Of a stretch of 64,000 nucleotides of DNA, positions 27,908 through 46,923 are shown one piece after another (position 1 is the first letter of the stretch; the number at the start of each line of letters is the position of its first letter). This DNA comes from Eledone cirrhosa. Its lineage: Eukaryota. Both the position numbers and the translations under genes were made by a program. The stretch covers positions 271,436,001 to 271,500,000 of the forward strand of contig OZ024740.1 of the NCBI GenBank assembly GCA_964016885.1. The letters are read 5' to 3'. The notes under the pieces are model-generated. The model ran no database searches, was not told the DNA's origin, and saw only the letters and a program-made list of their open reading frames with translations.

Positions 27908-28320
27908 GCAAAGTGGTTCATTGGTGTGATAATGGAAATAAATCCGTCAGTAGGAATGTGTGTGTACGTGTGTGAGGGGTGTGTGGGGGGGGGGGGTATT
28001 TTAACATGTTGAAACATTTTTCAGCTCTTGTCTTAAACGGAGAAGTGTGTGTGTGTGTGTGTGTGTGTATGTCTGTCTGTATGTTAGTGTTCACATAAAA
28101 CAGGAAGAATTTCCAAAACTGATCAGATTAGAGCAAAAATCACGAGCACTCTATCTCAAAATTATTTTTGAAAAGCATAAGAAATGCGCAACCGGTAAAA
28201 ACTTAAAACTAAAACTGAATACTAATTAATACTTATTACTAATTTATACTTATTCCTAATTAAACTATTTTTCACTGGGAAAAATTTGTCACCATTTTCT
28301 TTTCCTTTTTTACTAATATA
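27361..28320. mobile_element. Large fold-back element with about 230 bp near-perfect inverted arms
   Basis: 27361-27589 is the reverse complement of 28090-28320; (TA)n on the left and shortly after the right arm. Confidence 0.85.
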
Positions 28321-28351
28321 TCACAGCTCGTGTGTTACACCTCTATTTTTT

Positions 28352-28409
<58 letters not shown>

Positions 28410-28689
28410 ATGCAGAAATTACTTCTACAGGACTAGAACTGTTTCATTCGCATGAAAAAAGATCTATATAAATCTACTTTTAAATATACCTTATAGGCTA
28501 TGGCAGACATTTGACAGAATAAAACATACAAAGATCAGCAAATTTATATCTGATTTCTATCTGAAAACCTCAAAATGGTAACAAAAATGTTCTGGGAGGA
28601 AGCAGCTATTGTAAGAATTGAATGGTGGTAAAACTTGGAATTTAAAATTAAGAAAGAATATCTGGCTTTTCTACAATTTCCTAACTTAT

Positions 28690-29050
28690 GTAATGTATTA
28701 TAACTTATATAATGTATTTTTATGTTCTGTAGTGTGCCCCCATGATCCATTCTGGCATGTTGGTGGTGTACTGATGAGTTCTTCCCATCTTTAAGTTCTT
28801 GCCGGTGTTCATTTATCCTTCCTCCTATGCTACGAGTCATCTCACCTATGTAAGTCGTGTTCGTATTCCTATACTGTCCCTCCCTACATCTTATGCTATA
28901 TACTACGTTCCTAGTTTTACAGTCAATTTGTGGACTTAATTTGTAGGCTATACATTTTCTATCAGTGCAGGGGTTCTATTTCAAAAGGATATGTTCTATT
29001 AATTAAGGCTTTCATGGGAATACCTGATTTTTCAACCAATCTTAATAGAA
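28690..29050 (-). pseudogene. Penelope-like GIY-YIG endonuclease fragment
   Basis: CKTRNVVYSIRC..YIGEMTRSIGGRINEH..SSVHHQH; paralog of 52486-52975. Confidence 0.85.
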
Positions 29051-29117
29051 TGATTGTTATATATGGAATTCAAGCTTGGAAATTAACAGAATATGAATTA
29101 ACAGAATATGAATGGAC

Positions 29118-29440
29118 CTCTGTCGGTTTCGATGGTGAATGTTCCAGTTGTTCAACTAACAGAACAGCCTGCTCATGAAATTAACATGTAAGTGGCTGAG
29201 CATTCCGCAGATACCTGTAATTATCGGGGAAATTCAACGTGACACAGTGTGTGACAAGGCCGACTTTTTGAATTACAGGTAGAGTCTATCCGACAGGCTT
29301 TCAAGCAATTTTCGTCTACACAATTTAATCACAAAGCATGGGTCGACAGGAGATTATGATAAACGACCTTTGATAAAGACGCTAAGCAGTAAGATCTGAC
29401 CCAGAACCTAATGTTTGCCAATCAAGCTTCTTTATCATTC
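29118..29440. mobile_element. Two degenerate SINE-like interspersed repeats
   Basis: 29118-29282 is related (inverted) to about 34440-34600; 29290-29440 is related to 1855-1935 and 10695-10840. Confidence 0.5.
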
Positions 29441-29559
29441 GTCCAATTACAAATATCAACTCTTTTGCAACATTATGGACAGAACACAAAACCAATGATG
29501 AAGAACTAAAGATGGAGAAAACCTGAAAATATTAATGGACATCATCAAAGAGTCTAAAA

Positions 29560-29810
29560 AAGCCGGTGCTTATCCCGGTTTCTTGGCGTGAAGCGACTGA
29601 GAGTACAAGACTTCCACCCCCTGCACAGGACGCCAGTCATTCGCAGGGTTAAACCTCCAGCTATTGCCGGTACTCATTTTCGGCTGAGTATACTGGAGCA
29701 AAGTGAAATGAAGTGCTTTGCTCAAGAACACAACACTCAACCCAGCCTAGAAATCGAATCCACAACATTATGATCGCAAGTCCAACACCCTTACCACACG
29801 CCTCCACTAC
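29560..29810 (-). mobile_element. tRNA-derived CORE-like SINE
   Basis: Minus strand: tRNA-like head with GATTCGATT B-box, then TGTGTTCTTGAGCAAAGCACTT CORE-like domain. Confidence 0.7.
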
Positions 29811-29894
29811 AAAGAGAGATAACTAAAATATTCTGAACACATAATTTGAAAAACTGGTTTAAATAAACTGTTGATGGAAGGCAAAATAAATAAG

Positions 29895-30083
29895 GGTTTC
29901 TGATTTAGGCTCAAGACCAGCAGTGATCGACCCCAGTGCATTACTGGTGCTTTATTTTATCGACCCCGCAAGGATGAAAGACAAAATTAACCTCGGCGAG
30001 ATTTGAACTCAGAACGTAAAGGGCCGTAACTATATACCGCAAAGCATGTTGTTCGACACTCTACCGATACTGCCCATCCGCTG
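29895..30083 (-). mobile_element. SINE family 1
   Basis: Same consensus as the other copies. Confidence 0.85.
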
Positions 30084-30324
30084 TGGCAAAATAAATAAGA
30101 GAAGAGAAAGCTAAAGAGAAAGAATCACGTGGATGGGTTAGTTCAAGTATTGCACAGGTTTAAACTATAGTGAATGTCTTGGAAAAGTGCAAAAATGTTT
30201 CAAGTTGTGATCTATGGCATTCAACTTGCGAAGAGCAGATTATACCTGATGGTATATTAATATGTTTATATATGCATATATGTGCGTGCGCGTGTGTGTG
30301 ATTGCACGAACACGTGTACGTGCG

Positions 30325-30368
<44 letters not shown>

Positions 30369-30402
30369 GTGTGCGTGTATGTATATATGTATATCTATCT
30401 AA

Positions 30403-30443
<41 letters not shown>

Positions 30444-30735
30444 GATATGACAGAGGGGGCGAAAGAAAGTAAGAGAAACAGAGAGAACGAGGGAGCAGTA
30501 AGAGAGAGAGAGAGAAAAACAGAATCGCAGTTTAGGTAAATATATGTGAAAAAATGGGGAGAAGAATACTGCACATGGATAACATGTTATAAAATGAGTC
30601 CCTCATCAGTGATTTGCCAACGATCATAGATATTTCATTGCATTAAAAATCATATACATCACGTTGGTGCAATAATAACTAAATTAAGTTATTAGGACAA
30701 TTAAAACGCGTAAAGCGAGTGAAACAAGTAACAAC

Positions 30736-30824
<89 letters not shown>

Positions 30825-30993
30825 GGGGGGTCTGTATGTGATTCAGTGAATATCTGATGGTGGTACCAATATGAGCACTCGATGTACAGGCAGAGTGTAT
30901 ATATTAAGAAAAACGATTAGATTTCGTTTATATTTATTTAGGTTTTTATTGTATATCGACGTTTCGTTTACTTTGTAATTTTGGTTCAATTTT

Positions 30994-31042
<49 letters not shown>

Positions 31043-31297
31043 TCGAAACATATTTGGATTTTAAGATTTAAACCTGTCCACGGAACAGGTTTGATTTTGA
31101 AATTTAAATTTGTCCAAGCACTACGGCCATTGCCAGTACAATTTGTTTTTGTTGATTTATGATGTATTATCTTAAGTCATGATAGGCAAACTGTAATATT
31201 ATTATTAATATATTTCTATCTAGCTAACTTGGTCATTTACAATACAAACATAAATATGAGGATATTTGTGTTTATCAAATATATTGTTTTGTGTTAA

Positions 31298-31371
<74 letters not shown>

Positions 31372-31373
<2 letters not shown>

Positions 31374-31631
31374 TAAATGAAGTACTTCCGTAGGAAAGGT
31401 TAAGGAAAAGAGAGTGCTCTATGTAGGCTACAAACCTTTTTAGTTATGTAATAAACAACATAAGATGATTATTTCATTTACCAGTGGTTTCTTGAAGACA
31501 GATATAAATATCTGTCTTCAGTCGTCAGAATGAATAACAGAATGTTATTCATTCTGACGACTGAGTGTTATTCATTCTGTCTTCAAGAAACCACTAGTAA
31601 ATGAAATAATCATCTTATGTTGTTTATTACA

Positions 31632-31637
<6 letters not shown>
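31372..31637. mobile_element. Fold-back HHR element, family D (intact HHR on the minus strand at 31473-31534)
   Basis: TTCATT-CTGACGA-CTGAAGACAGATA-TTTA-TATCTGTCTTCAA-GAAA-CCACTGG-TA-AATGAA; the inverted copy has a damaged stem II; (TA)n flanks. Confidence 0.85.
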
Positions 31638-31669
<32 letters not shown>

Positions 31670-31825
31670 GCCTAAAAATGCGCGGGGGTCGTGACTGGAA
31701 TGCCTTTGTAATATCGTCACTTGTTCAGAGCATATCTTGAGTTAATCAACAACAAGGATATGAACGATGCCCATACTAATTGTAGTCTCTCTTAGACACA
31801 GACACACATACGCACACGCAAATAT

Positions 31826-31917
<92 letters not shown>

Positions 31918-31921
<4 letters not shown>

Positions 31922-32580
31922 ATAAGAGCTTTGGCCCAGGTAAACATCCCCTCAATTTTAGAACCGTCTGGGTTGTCCAGAATTGATGGACCTGACGATC
32001 TTACCCTGTGCTCCTGGTCAAGAGGCAGGTGCCTTACCTGAGACGTCACAGTTAGTGACTCTTGTGCTTCTTCCCACATCCTGGATACAGCGGTAAGGGC
32101 GAGAGCTACAGCATCCGCAGCTGAACGGAACAAAATCTTAAAATACCCTCATCTGTCAGCTAACTACATTATCCAGCCTGTGACATTCGAGACGTTTGGG
32201 GGAGTCGGGCTACTGACAGTGATGTTCTTATCTTCACTGGCGGCTCGCCTAACCGAGGTACTGTTGAAGCTCATGAGGGCAGGCGCTTGTTTGTTCCAGC
32301 ACCTCAGCCTCGCTATCACCCTAAATAACGCTGCGAGCGTGCTGGCTTGCCTCATAAATTATGAGAGGGGTTTCCCAGTGCTCCTCGCTATATTGTTATC
32401 TTTTACTCTGGTAGTGGCTCGTTTGTCCACCCCTTTCACCTGCCTTTTGTTGTATGTGGTCCTAGATGTGTGCATTACCTGCTTGTGTGTTTTTTTTCTC
32501 TTTCTTTTTTTCCTTTCTCCTTCCTTTGTATATATTATATTTGTTTTGTTGATAAGAATATGTAAATAGAAAGTTATACT
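31918..32580 (+). mobile_element. CRE-like non-LTR retrotransposon 3' fragment
   Basis: EPSGLSRIDG.PD..L..W...DVTV..AERNKILKY..PVTFETFG..LSLAITLNNAASVL RLE domain, abutting (TG)n. Confidence 0.85.
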
Positions 32581-33183
32581 TCATTTTACCCTCCTATTAC
32601 CAAATTTATCATGACTGTATGTGTATGTGTGTGCTTGTGTAAATGTGTCTGTGTTTGTGTGAAAGTATCTGTATTAGTGTGAATGTGTCTGCGAGTGTAT
32701 ATTTTTGTAAGTGTGTCTGTGTTGCACGATTAGTTATATACTCATACATATAAATGTATGTATATGCACATGCGCGCACACACACACACGTCAGTGTGTT
32801 GAAAAAATCTTAATCTTTTTTTCTTTCAATCTCTCTCTATCTATATATATATATATATGTTACATAGTCACTCTATCTATCTGTATCTCTCTCATCACAC
32901 ACTCTCTGTTTCTTTCTCGCTCTATCTATATATATGATAGTTGAAGTGGTGGTGGTGGTGGTGGTGGTGGTGACGGCGATATACCGGAAGTGTTGAAATT
33001 TGAAACTTTTAAAAGAAGTGAATCTTGAAATAAGCAATGAAATTATTTATATTTAATAAAGAGTTACAAAATTTAGTAATTTTTATTCATTATTTATTCA
33101 AAGTAACCCAACTTATATTATTAACGGGATAAAAAAAATATATATTTAGAACACAGTCCCACACTCCTCCCTTTTTTATATTA

Positions 33184-33249
<66 letters not shown>

Positions 33250-33263
<14 letters not shown>

Positions 33264-33350
33264 ATTTGAAGACTAAAATCCAAAGAGGGCTCGATAAGGA
33301 TAAATATATATCAAATATATAAGAACCGTAGAGCAAATATTTATTAAATA
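33250..33350 (-). mobile_element. Family A 3'-end fragment
   Basis: Reverse complement of 6675-6770. Confidence 0.7.
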
Positions 33351-33498
33351 TATATATAGGAGGGGTGAAAGAAAGGAAAAGTGGATTGCTAGATTGGGCA
33401 ACAAGTTGTGGAGAATACTTTTCAGGATTACATGCTAATGTCATTTTTCAATTTGGGATACTGGCTAATAAGTAAGAAACTTATTGACTATCATTATA

Positions 33499-33690
33499 GT
33501 GGATTGGCAGTATCGGTAGAGGGTCGGACGCCATGCTTTGACGCATAGAGTTACGGCCCTTGCCATTCTGAGTTCAAATCCCGCCGAGGTTTACTTTGCC
33601 TTTCATCCTTACGGGGTCGATAAAATAACGTACCAGTAATGCACTGGGTAATTCTGACCTTCTGCCAAAAGTAGAAACAATTATAATTAT
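33499..33690 (+). mobile_element. SINE family 1, full length
   Basis: Pol III A box TGGCAGTATCGG (33505), B box GAGTTCAAATCC (33570), AATT-rich tail. Confidence 0.9.
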
Positions 33691-33723
33691 CAACCAAATA
33701 AGTTCAAATTAATTTATAGGTAA

Positions 33724-33870
33724 TGTGCGTGGCTTAATGGTTAGGGTGCTGAGCTCACGATTATAAGATCGTAAATTCGATTCCTGGACCATGTGGTGCA
33801 TTGTAACCTTGAGCAAGTCACTTTATTTCACGTTACTCCAATCTACTTAGCTGGCAAAATGAGTTGTCAC
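33724..33870 (+). mobile_element. tRNA-derived CORE-like SINE
   Basis: TGGCTTAATGG..ATTCGATTCC head, then ACCTTGAGCAAGTCACTT...AAAATGAG. Confidence 0.75.
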
Positions 33871-34708
33871 TCACTATGGTGAACCCGCTGCAAGATTGCT
33901 CCTCTGGATTTCGGATGCAAAGAGACGAGTTGACCGGCCGCATATCACCTAAGTATCAATCATCGAGATGCACACAGGCCACAAAGGAACAGATCTACGT
34001 GCTGAAAAGATCGACCGAGAATTCTAGAGCTCAAAATTTGTCAATGCCTCGCTATCGCCTCAAAGGATCGGATGACTCAAGAAGAAGATATCTCAAAAGT
34101 ACCCCTGAACCTGTATAATATAGTCTGTTTACTAACCGTAACTTTAAGTAACCTTTAGCAAGTTATATAATGGTGGTCCATCACCAACAAGTTGTTCCAT
34201 GTTCAGTGTGGGTATGGTTGTTTCAGTGTGTATGCGCATGTATGTATAGATACACAAAGCAAAATTATTAGAGTGTCAGATTGAATGCCTTGTTTTAGCT
34301 TCCTACACACTGAGTTCAAATCCCACCGAGGTCAACTTTGATCTTTGTCCATTCGTGGTTGATAAATAAAGTATCAGTCCAGTACTGGGATAGATACTTC
34401 CTTTTCTCTCTAACTCTTTCTCTCTGGGTTATACAATAATTGAAAGATATGGCCTTATCACATTTAATCGCGCTAATTCGACATGAGAATTGTGTTAAAA
34501 GTACACGTGTCTGTGGAATACTCACCTACTTACAAGTTAATTTCACGAGTAGGGATTCAAATGATATACCAACTAAATTTTCATCATCGAAACCGACAAA
34601 AAAATCTACTCCCATATAGACACCCAATCACGTATATTCCTGAAGAGGCACCAATAAGACCCGAAACTGTTAGCATCGTTTCCAAAAACAAAACTGAACA
34701 TGATTTGA

Positions 34709-34900
34709 CCCTTTAGCGTTTAAAGCGGCCGTAACCGGCCAGAATTCTCCGGTCATTCATACTGTTGTTAAGCTATTTATCTCAAAATAAATAATACCAA
34801 AATCTCATAGATTCGATATTATGTGAGATAATTACGTGAAGTAAAGCCTTTACCATGAAAATATAATAGTAAATATAGAGTAATGTAAATGATAAAGGGG
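34709..34900. mobile_element. piggyBac-like MITE (second copy at about 37335-37538)
   Basis: TTGA|CCCTTTAGCGTTTA...TAAATGATAAAGGGG|TTAA ends; shared internal GTAAAGCCTTT(A/G)CCATGAAAATATAATAG. Confidence 0.55.
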
Positions 34901-35469
34901 TTAAGGATAAAAATACATTATGAAACATTAAATGTGCTTTCACATAGAACCTTCTATGATTATAAATAGGTAAGAACGATAGACGTGTGTGTTCGCCCAA
35001 AGGTGTATGTATGTAAATAGATATGTTTCTTTTATTTGCCACCAGGGCATCAAAAAGTGGGACAAGTACAATGGGGGGAGTTTACATAAGAAGGCGAGTA
35101 AAGAAAATATATAACAAATATAAAATTAACAATAAACTTAACAATAAGTCCTCAGTAGGGAGCGGGCGTTTGGGGGGGGGGGTCACACACACCCCCGAAA
35201 AAAGTGTGCAACCCCTTCTCCTCAGGAGCAAAGAGAGAGGGTGCTCCCTCGTTCCTTCCTCTTTTCCACCTACAGGCTTATGTAAAGAGAAGGCCCATTC
35301 ACACGGGCCATTCTCGCCACAAATAGATATAAAGATAGAGAGAAGGGGGTGGATTGACGGGTAGGTCACGTGAGTGTTGTTGGTGTTCCAGTTGTTGGTG
35401 TTTCTTGTTCGTTGTTTCTGTGTTACTACGTTTATGTGAACCGATATGCAGACATGTGTGCATAGATAA

Positions 35470-35549
<80 letters not shown>

Positions 35550-36034
35550 ACACACACATACACACACATACATACACTGATCCGCGCACAAACACACACT
35601 CACTTATACAGACATACACTGATGCGCGTTCAAACACACACACACACACACGCACGCACACACAGAGAGACACACGCACGCACACATACACGCACATACA
35701 CGCATACACGCATACACTAACGCCTGCGCAAACACACACACATACACCACACACACACATACACACACCCGGACACACGAACACACACACACACACACAC
35801 AGGCACACACGCACACATACGCATACACTAATGCGCGTACAAATACACACACGCATACATACGCATACACTAATGCGCGCACAAATACACACACACACAC
35901 ACCACACACACTGACACACACAGAGACATGCGTGCACAAACACATACACGCAAACACAAATATAAGTATTCCATTCTACCCCAACATTCGAGTAGCATTT
36001 TAAATCTTTCTTGTTTTTATTTTTTCCTCAAATA

Positions 36035-36135
36035 CAGGGTGTCCCGTGAAAATATATACACACTTTGATTATCTCTACAGGCAATATTTATTAGAATACT
36101 GTTGAAGTGTGTATACATTTTTGAGGGACACCCTG
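36035..36135. mobile_element. Tc1/mariner MITE (101 bp)
   Basis: TA|CAGGGTGTCCC...GGGACACCCTG|TA. Confidence 0.85.
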
Positions 36136-36204
36136 TATGTCACACTACCGTGTCAGAACAAAATAGGACACTTACTGAATTTCTCTCTATTTTTAATAAA
36201 TAAT

Positions 36205-36931
36205 TTGTATCTATCAATAATGGTTTCCCATACAGGCACAAGGCCAGCAATTTGGGAGTAGTGGAAAGTCGATTAAATCGGCCCCAGTGCGTGACTGGTA
36301 CTTTATTTTATCGACCCCGTAAGGATGAAAGGCAAAATTAACCTCAGCGGGATTTGAACTCAGACCATAAAGGGCCGTAACTCTATGCTACAAAGCATGG
36401 CGTCCGACCCTCTACCGATACTGCCAATCCACCGCCCTTGGATGCATTTGTATCCATCAATAATGCCAGATTTACCATTGTGCTTAGGTGTGCTTAAGCA
36501 CAGGGCCCCGTTGACCTGGTAGGGACATTTTTCCTGCCAAAAAAATTAGTTACCTCCTTCAGGGCCCAAGTAAGGAGGCTCATAACTTAAAGAGCACAGG
36601 GCCTCATTTGTCGTAAATCTGGCAGTTTGTATCTATCAATAATGGTTTCCCATATAGGCACAAGGCCAGCAATTTTTTTTTGGGGGGGGGGGGGGGGGGG
36701 GTAAGTCGATTAAATCGACCCCAGTGCGTGACTGGTACTTTATTTTATTGACCCCGTAAGGATGAAAGGCAAAATTAACCTCGGTGGGATTTGAATTCAG
36801 ATCATAAAGAGCCGTAACTCTGTGTTGCAAAGCATGGCGTCCGACCCTCTACCGATACTGCCAATCCACCACCCTTGGATGGGTTTGTATCCATCAATAA
36901 TGCCAGATTTACCATTGTGCTTAGGTGTGCT

Positions 36932-36935
<4 letters not shown>
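36205..36935. repeat. Tandem duplication of a SINE family 1 plus small TIR element unit
   Basis: SINEs at 36220-36438 and 36642-36875 are each flanked by TTGTATC(T/C)ATCAATAATG; GCCAGATTTAC...GTAAATCTGGC element at about 36465-36624. Confidence 0.8.
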
Positions 36936-36962
<27 letters not shown>

Positions 36963-37210
36963 AAGAAGAAGAAGAAGAAGAAGAAGAAGAAGAAGAAGAA
37001 GAAGAAGAAGAAGAAGAAGAAGAAGAAGAAGAAGAAGAAGAAGAAGAAGAAGAAGAAGAAGAAGAAGAAGAAGAAGAAGAAGAAGAAGAAGAAGAAGAAG
37101 AAGAAGAAGAAGAAGAAGAAGAAGAAGAAGAAGAAGAAGAAGAAGAAGAAGAAGAAGAAGAAGAAGAAGAAGAAGAAGAAGAAGAAGGAGGAGGAGGAGG
37201 AGGAGGAAGA
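36934..37210. repeat. Pure (AAG)n followed by (GAG)n
   Basis: Directly visible. Confidence 0.98.
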
Positions 37211-37823
37211 GTGAATCCAAAGTGATAGCAAATAGTCTTCAGTGACAGAATGTATAGATATGTAAATAAAGAGGAAATACCTAGCGATAAGAAACCTAAA
37301 ATATTAAGAGGTGGTTGTTTTTGTTTCAGCTTCATTTTAGCATTTAAACCGGTCATATCAGGCCAGAATGCTTTCATCTCTTTCTGTTTAAACCGGCCAT
37401 AACTAGCCACACATACTAACATTAAGATATTGTTCTGAAAATAGATAACATCATCAAAATATCATAGATTTCATATTATGTAAGATAAAGCCTTTGCCAT
37501 GAAAATATAATAGAGAGTAATGTAAATGCTAGAGTTAAACCTGTGTTTTTATTTAATATGCTTCATTTTTGGTGTATGTCATTTACATAAATTACGAAAA
37601 TTTACTATTCAGATTAAGCACGAATCTGAAGGACACGCGCCGGCTGGTTATAAAATTTAGTTGAAAATTATAGCATTTTTTTACATGAAAGATAACTTTT
37701 CTAGAGAAATCAAATAATGTTCTATTAAACAGAATATATCTTCATTAATTACAGTTCTGAACTATTGTTTCAGTCAGGACAACACTGGGTATTCTACTTA
37801 TGCATATGTGCATATTATATATA

Positions 37824-43583
<5,760 letters not shown>

Positions 43584-43584
43584 G

Positions 43585-43850
43585 AAGATAATACACGAGA
43601 GAGAGTGTGTGTTTATCAATGTACAGGGAAAACCACCAGTGTATAGAATCTGTAAACTAAAAAAAGTGAGATAGATGCATAAGAATTAAAAATATAGATC
43701 AGAATGAATTTACCCACCTCTATAACTATATATCACACACGTACAAACACAAAGAGATTTGTTTCACCGAAAGATTAGTGTATGAGAAGAAACACCCAGG
43801 TTCATCAGTGCACGTGTTAAGTGAATACATTCCATACAACACTAAGAGAA
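43585..43850 (-). mobile_element. HHR-core-bearing repeat, family E (inverted partner at 44735-45000 on +)
   Basis: CTGATGA-ACCTGGGT...GG(T/C)-GAAA-CA in both copies, with colinear downstream homology. Confidence 0.6.
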
Positions 43851-44171
43851 CTTAAGATAACTGCCTTGCAACACGTGCTAGAGAGAAGTGAATGTGTGCA
43901 AGAGACAGTAAATTAGTGGTTTGGGTGGGATGAGCCGCTAGCGTTATCTGTACGTCTGTATACATATATGTATGTACGTATACATACTTATATTTAAGTA
44001 ACAGCCGTACTAAGAGTGAGAAATGAAATTTCATTTCATTCTTTTCCATTTATCGTTTTCAGTACGCCTGGCCGATTAACTCACTCGATATGCAAATTAG
44101 GCTGCTCAGCCGTTAATATGCATAAGGAAAGTATATACTTTCAAACGTTCAATCATCTGACAGGAAGGTAT

Positions 44172-44214
44172 ACGATGCTGACGATAGCTAATAAGCTTGA
44201 AACTAGTTCATCGT
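44172..44214 (+). ncRNA. Minimal type I hammerhead ribozyme
   Basis: ACGATG-CTGACGA-T-AGCT-AATA-AGCT-T-GAAA-CTAG-TT-CATCGT: 6-bp stem I, palindromic stem III ACTAGT, GUU cleavage triplet. Confidence 0.8.
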
Positions 44215-44642
44215 TCCTTTGTCAGTGTTGAACAAACGGGCGACGATGGTTGCCGAACACTGTACGGCTTAATTCGGGCTGTTTGTTTACAAACAAGCCG
44301 AACATTATAATAAATGTTCGGTAAACCCATACGTACATATATATATAGGTGTGCATGTATGTATATATATACATACTACTGTACGTCTGTATACATATAT
44401 GTATGTACGTATACATACTTACATTTAAGTATCAGCCGTACTAAGAGTGAGAAATGAAATTTCATTTCATTCTTTTATTCTTTGTTTATTCATTATTTTT
44501 TAATAATTTATCTTGACTCTGTTTTCCGTTTATCTTTCACCGAAAGTGGTTTTTGAATGCATCTCTTCTTTTCATGATATCCGGATTACATTGAGTTCTT
44601 CATACGGATTGGACACTACCGTAAATTTTTGGTAGATTTATC

Positions 44643-44697
<55 letters not shown>

Positions 44698-45007
44698 ATA
44701 CATTAACGGAGCCATAGACTCTCGCCGTTGCCTGTAAATAGTGTTGTCTGAAATGTATAGCCTTACACACGCTGATGAACCTGGGTTATTTTATTTCAGT
44801 CAACAACTTACTGGCGAAACAGATCACTTTGGATTTGTACGTGTGTTATATAGTTATAGAGGTATTTATTTACGCTTTAATTAATATTTTTAATTATCGT
44901 GTCTATATTCTGCCTTTCATAGGTTATAGATTCCATACACTGGGGGTTTTTCCCTGTTTTATTGATGGCGCACTGTATCTCTCTCTAGTGTGTTACCTTT
45001 TCAACAT

Positions 45008-45356
<349 letters not shown>

Positions 45357-45479
45357 TGTATCTGTGTGTGTATGTATGTATTATTTTAAACTCCTCAAAA
45401 CGTAATAGTGCTTTTCAGATTACCGATTTTTCAGCTACTAAAGGAATAAATATAACAATATATTTGTAATATACGAAAT

Positions 45480-45670
45480 AATTGTTTCTACTTTTGGCAC
45501 AAGGCCAGCAATTATCCCAGTGCATTACTGGTACTTTATTTTGTCGACCCCGTAAGGATGAAAGGCAAAGTTCACCTCGGCGAGATTTGAACTCAGAATG
45601 GCAAGGGCCGTAACTCCATGCGTCAAAGCATGGCGTCCGACCCTCTACCGATACTGCCAATCCACCGCCC
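45480..45670 (-). mobile_element. SINE family 1, full length
   Basis: A and B boxes on the minus strand. Confidence 0.9.
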
Positions 45671-46923
45671 TAAATAATAATCGTTGAATACGAGATATAT
45701 GTAAAGTGTTTATCCCTGTTGTATAAAACTGTGCATTATTTAACCGTTTAACATTTTTAAATGTTTCACAAAATAACTTTTAAAAGATATTAACTCTGAA
45801 TGACTATTTAAAATGGAGCCAGCCCTTTCGGAACAATATATTCATCTTCTCAGAAATACAAAGATAGCATATATCATTACTCTGATATCTTTTACATGGT
45901 TTTAAAGTTTCTGATATTTTTTTTATTATTTGTAATAGTTATACTTTGACAAATATAAATCAGAACATCTTTCAAGATTGATGAAAGTATAATTGTGCTG
46001 GTTAAATCTAAACTTGAAAGTGTTTTCTGGCAATCTGCTATAATATTTAGAAGCTGAATCATTAGTTATAAGTACTTTTACACAATAAATATATTTTCAC
46101 TAACGGATGAGCCACTAGAACCAGATAAGTGATGTATTATATTAACGGGTTTTCTGAGTCAGTAAAAAATGACAAATTAATTAATATGGCCAAAGAGGGA
46201 GAAATGCGTGAGCAATATGTAGTTATTACGTGGATGTGCCCAATGTCTGGACAATATGTAGTCAATAAGGTGTGGATAGCCAGTCAGAGTGTGATCGGTG
46301 TGTGCTTGATGTATGGTCAATCTATATATACATTTTTGTGATTCTGACACAACACGCAAAGAGAGAGGAGTAGTTTGACTACCTCAAACTACTCCTCTCT
46401 CTTTATGTCTCCTGCCTGCGTGCATGCATGTGTATAAAAAAAGGGCAGGGGTTGGTGAAAGAACTATAGCAAAATAGCGGCTAGCGTTCCATTTGTTATG
46501 CTGTGTATATGTGTGTGTGTCTGTGTGAATGTATGTCTAAATGTGTATTTTTGTAAACGTGTCTGTGTTTGCACGTTTATATCTATATACTCATACATAT
46601 AAATGTATGCATATGCACATACACACACGTACATACATACATACACACACGCACACACATACACACATACACACATGTACACACATGTACACATATACAC
46701 GTCAGTGTGTTGAAAAAAATCCTAGTAAGTATAAAATATGTAGTCAATGTCAGGACATTATGTGGTTGATAATGGTCAATAGCCGATCAAAGTGTGAACG
46801 GTGTGTGCTTGATGTGTGGTCAATATTATGTCAGTATGTGGTCGGAATGTGGTCAGGGTGGGGATCAATGATATGTTAGTGTGTGGGTAATGTGTGGATT
46901 GTATATGGGTGGATTGTATATAC

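Noticed and set aside
33499-33600. tRNA gene
   Set aside because: The A and B boxes belong to a multi-copy SINE head, and no proper cloverleaf is evident
36797-37422. Poly-K/R/F/S ORFs
   Set aside because: Translation of (AAG)n
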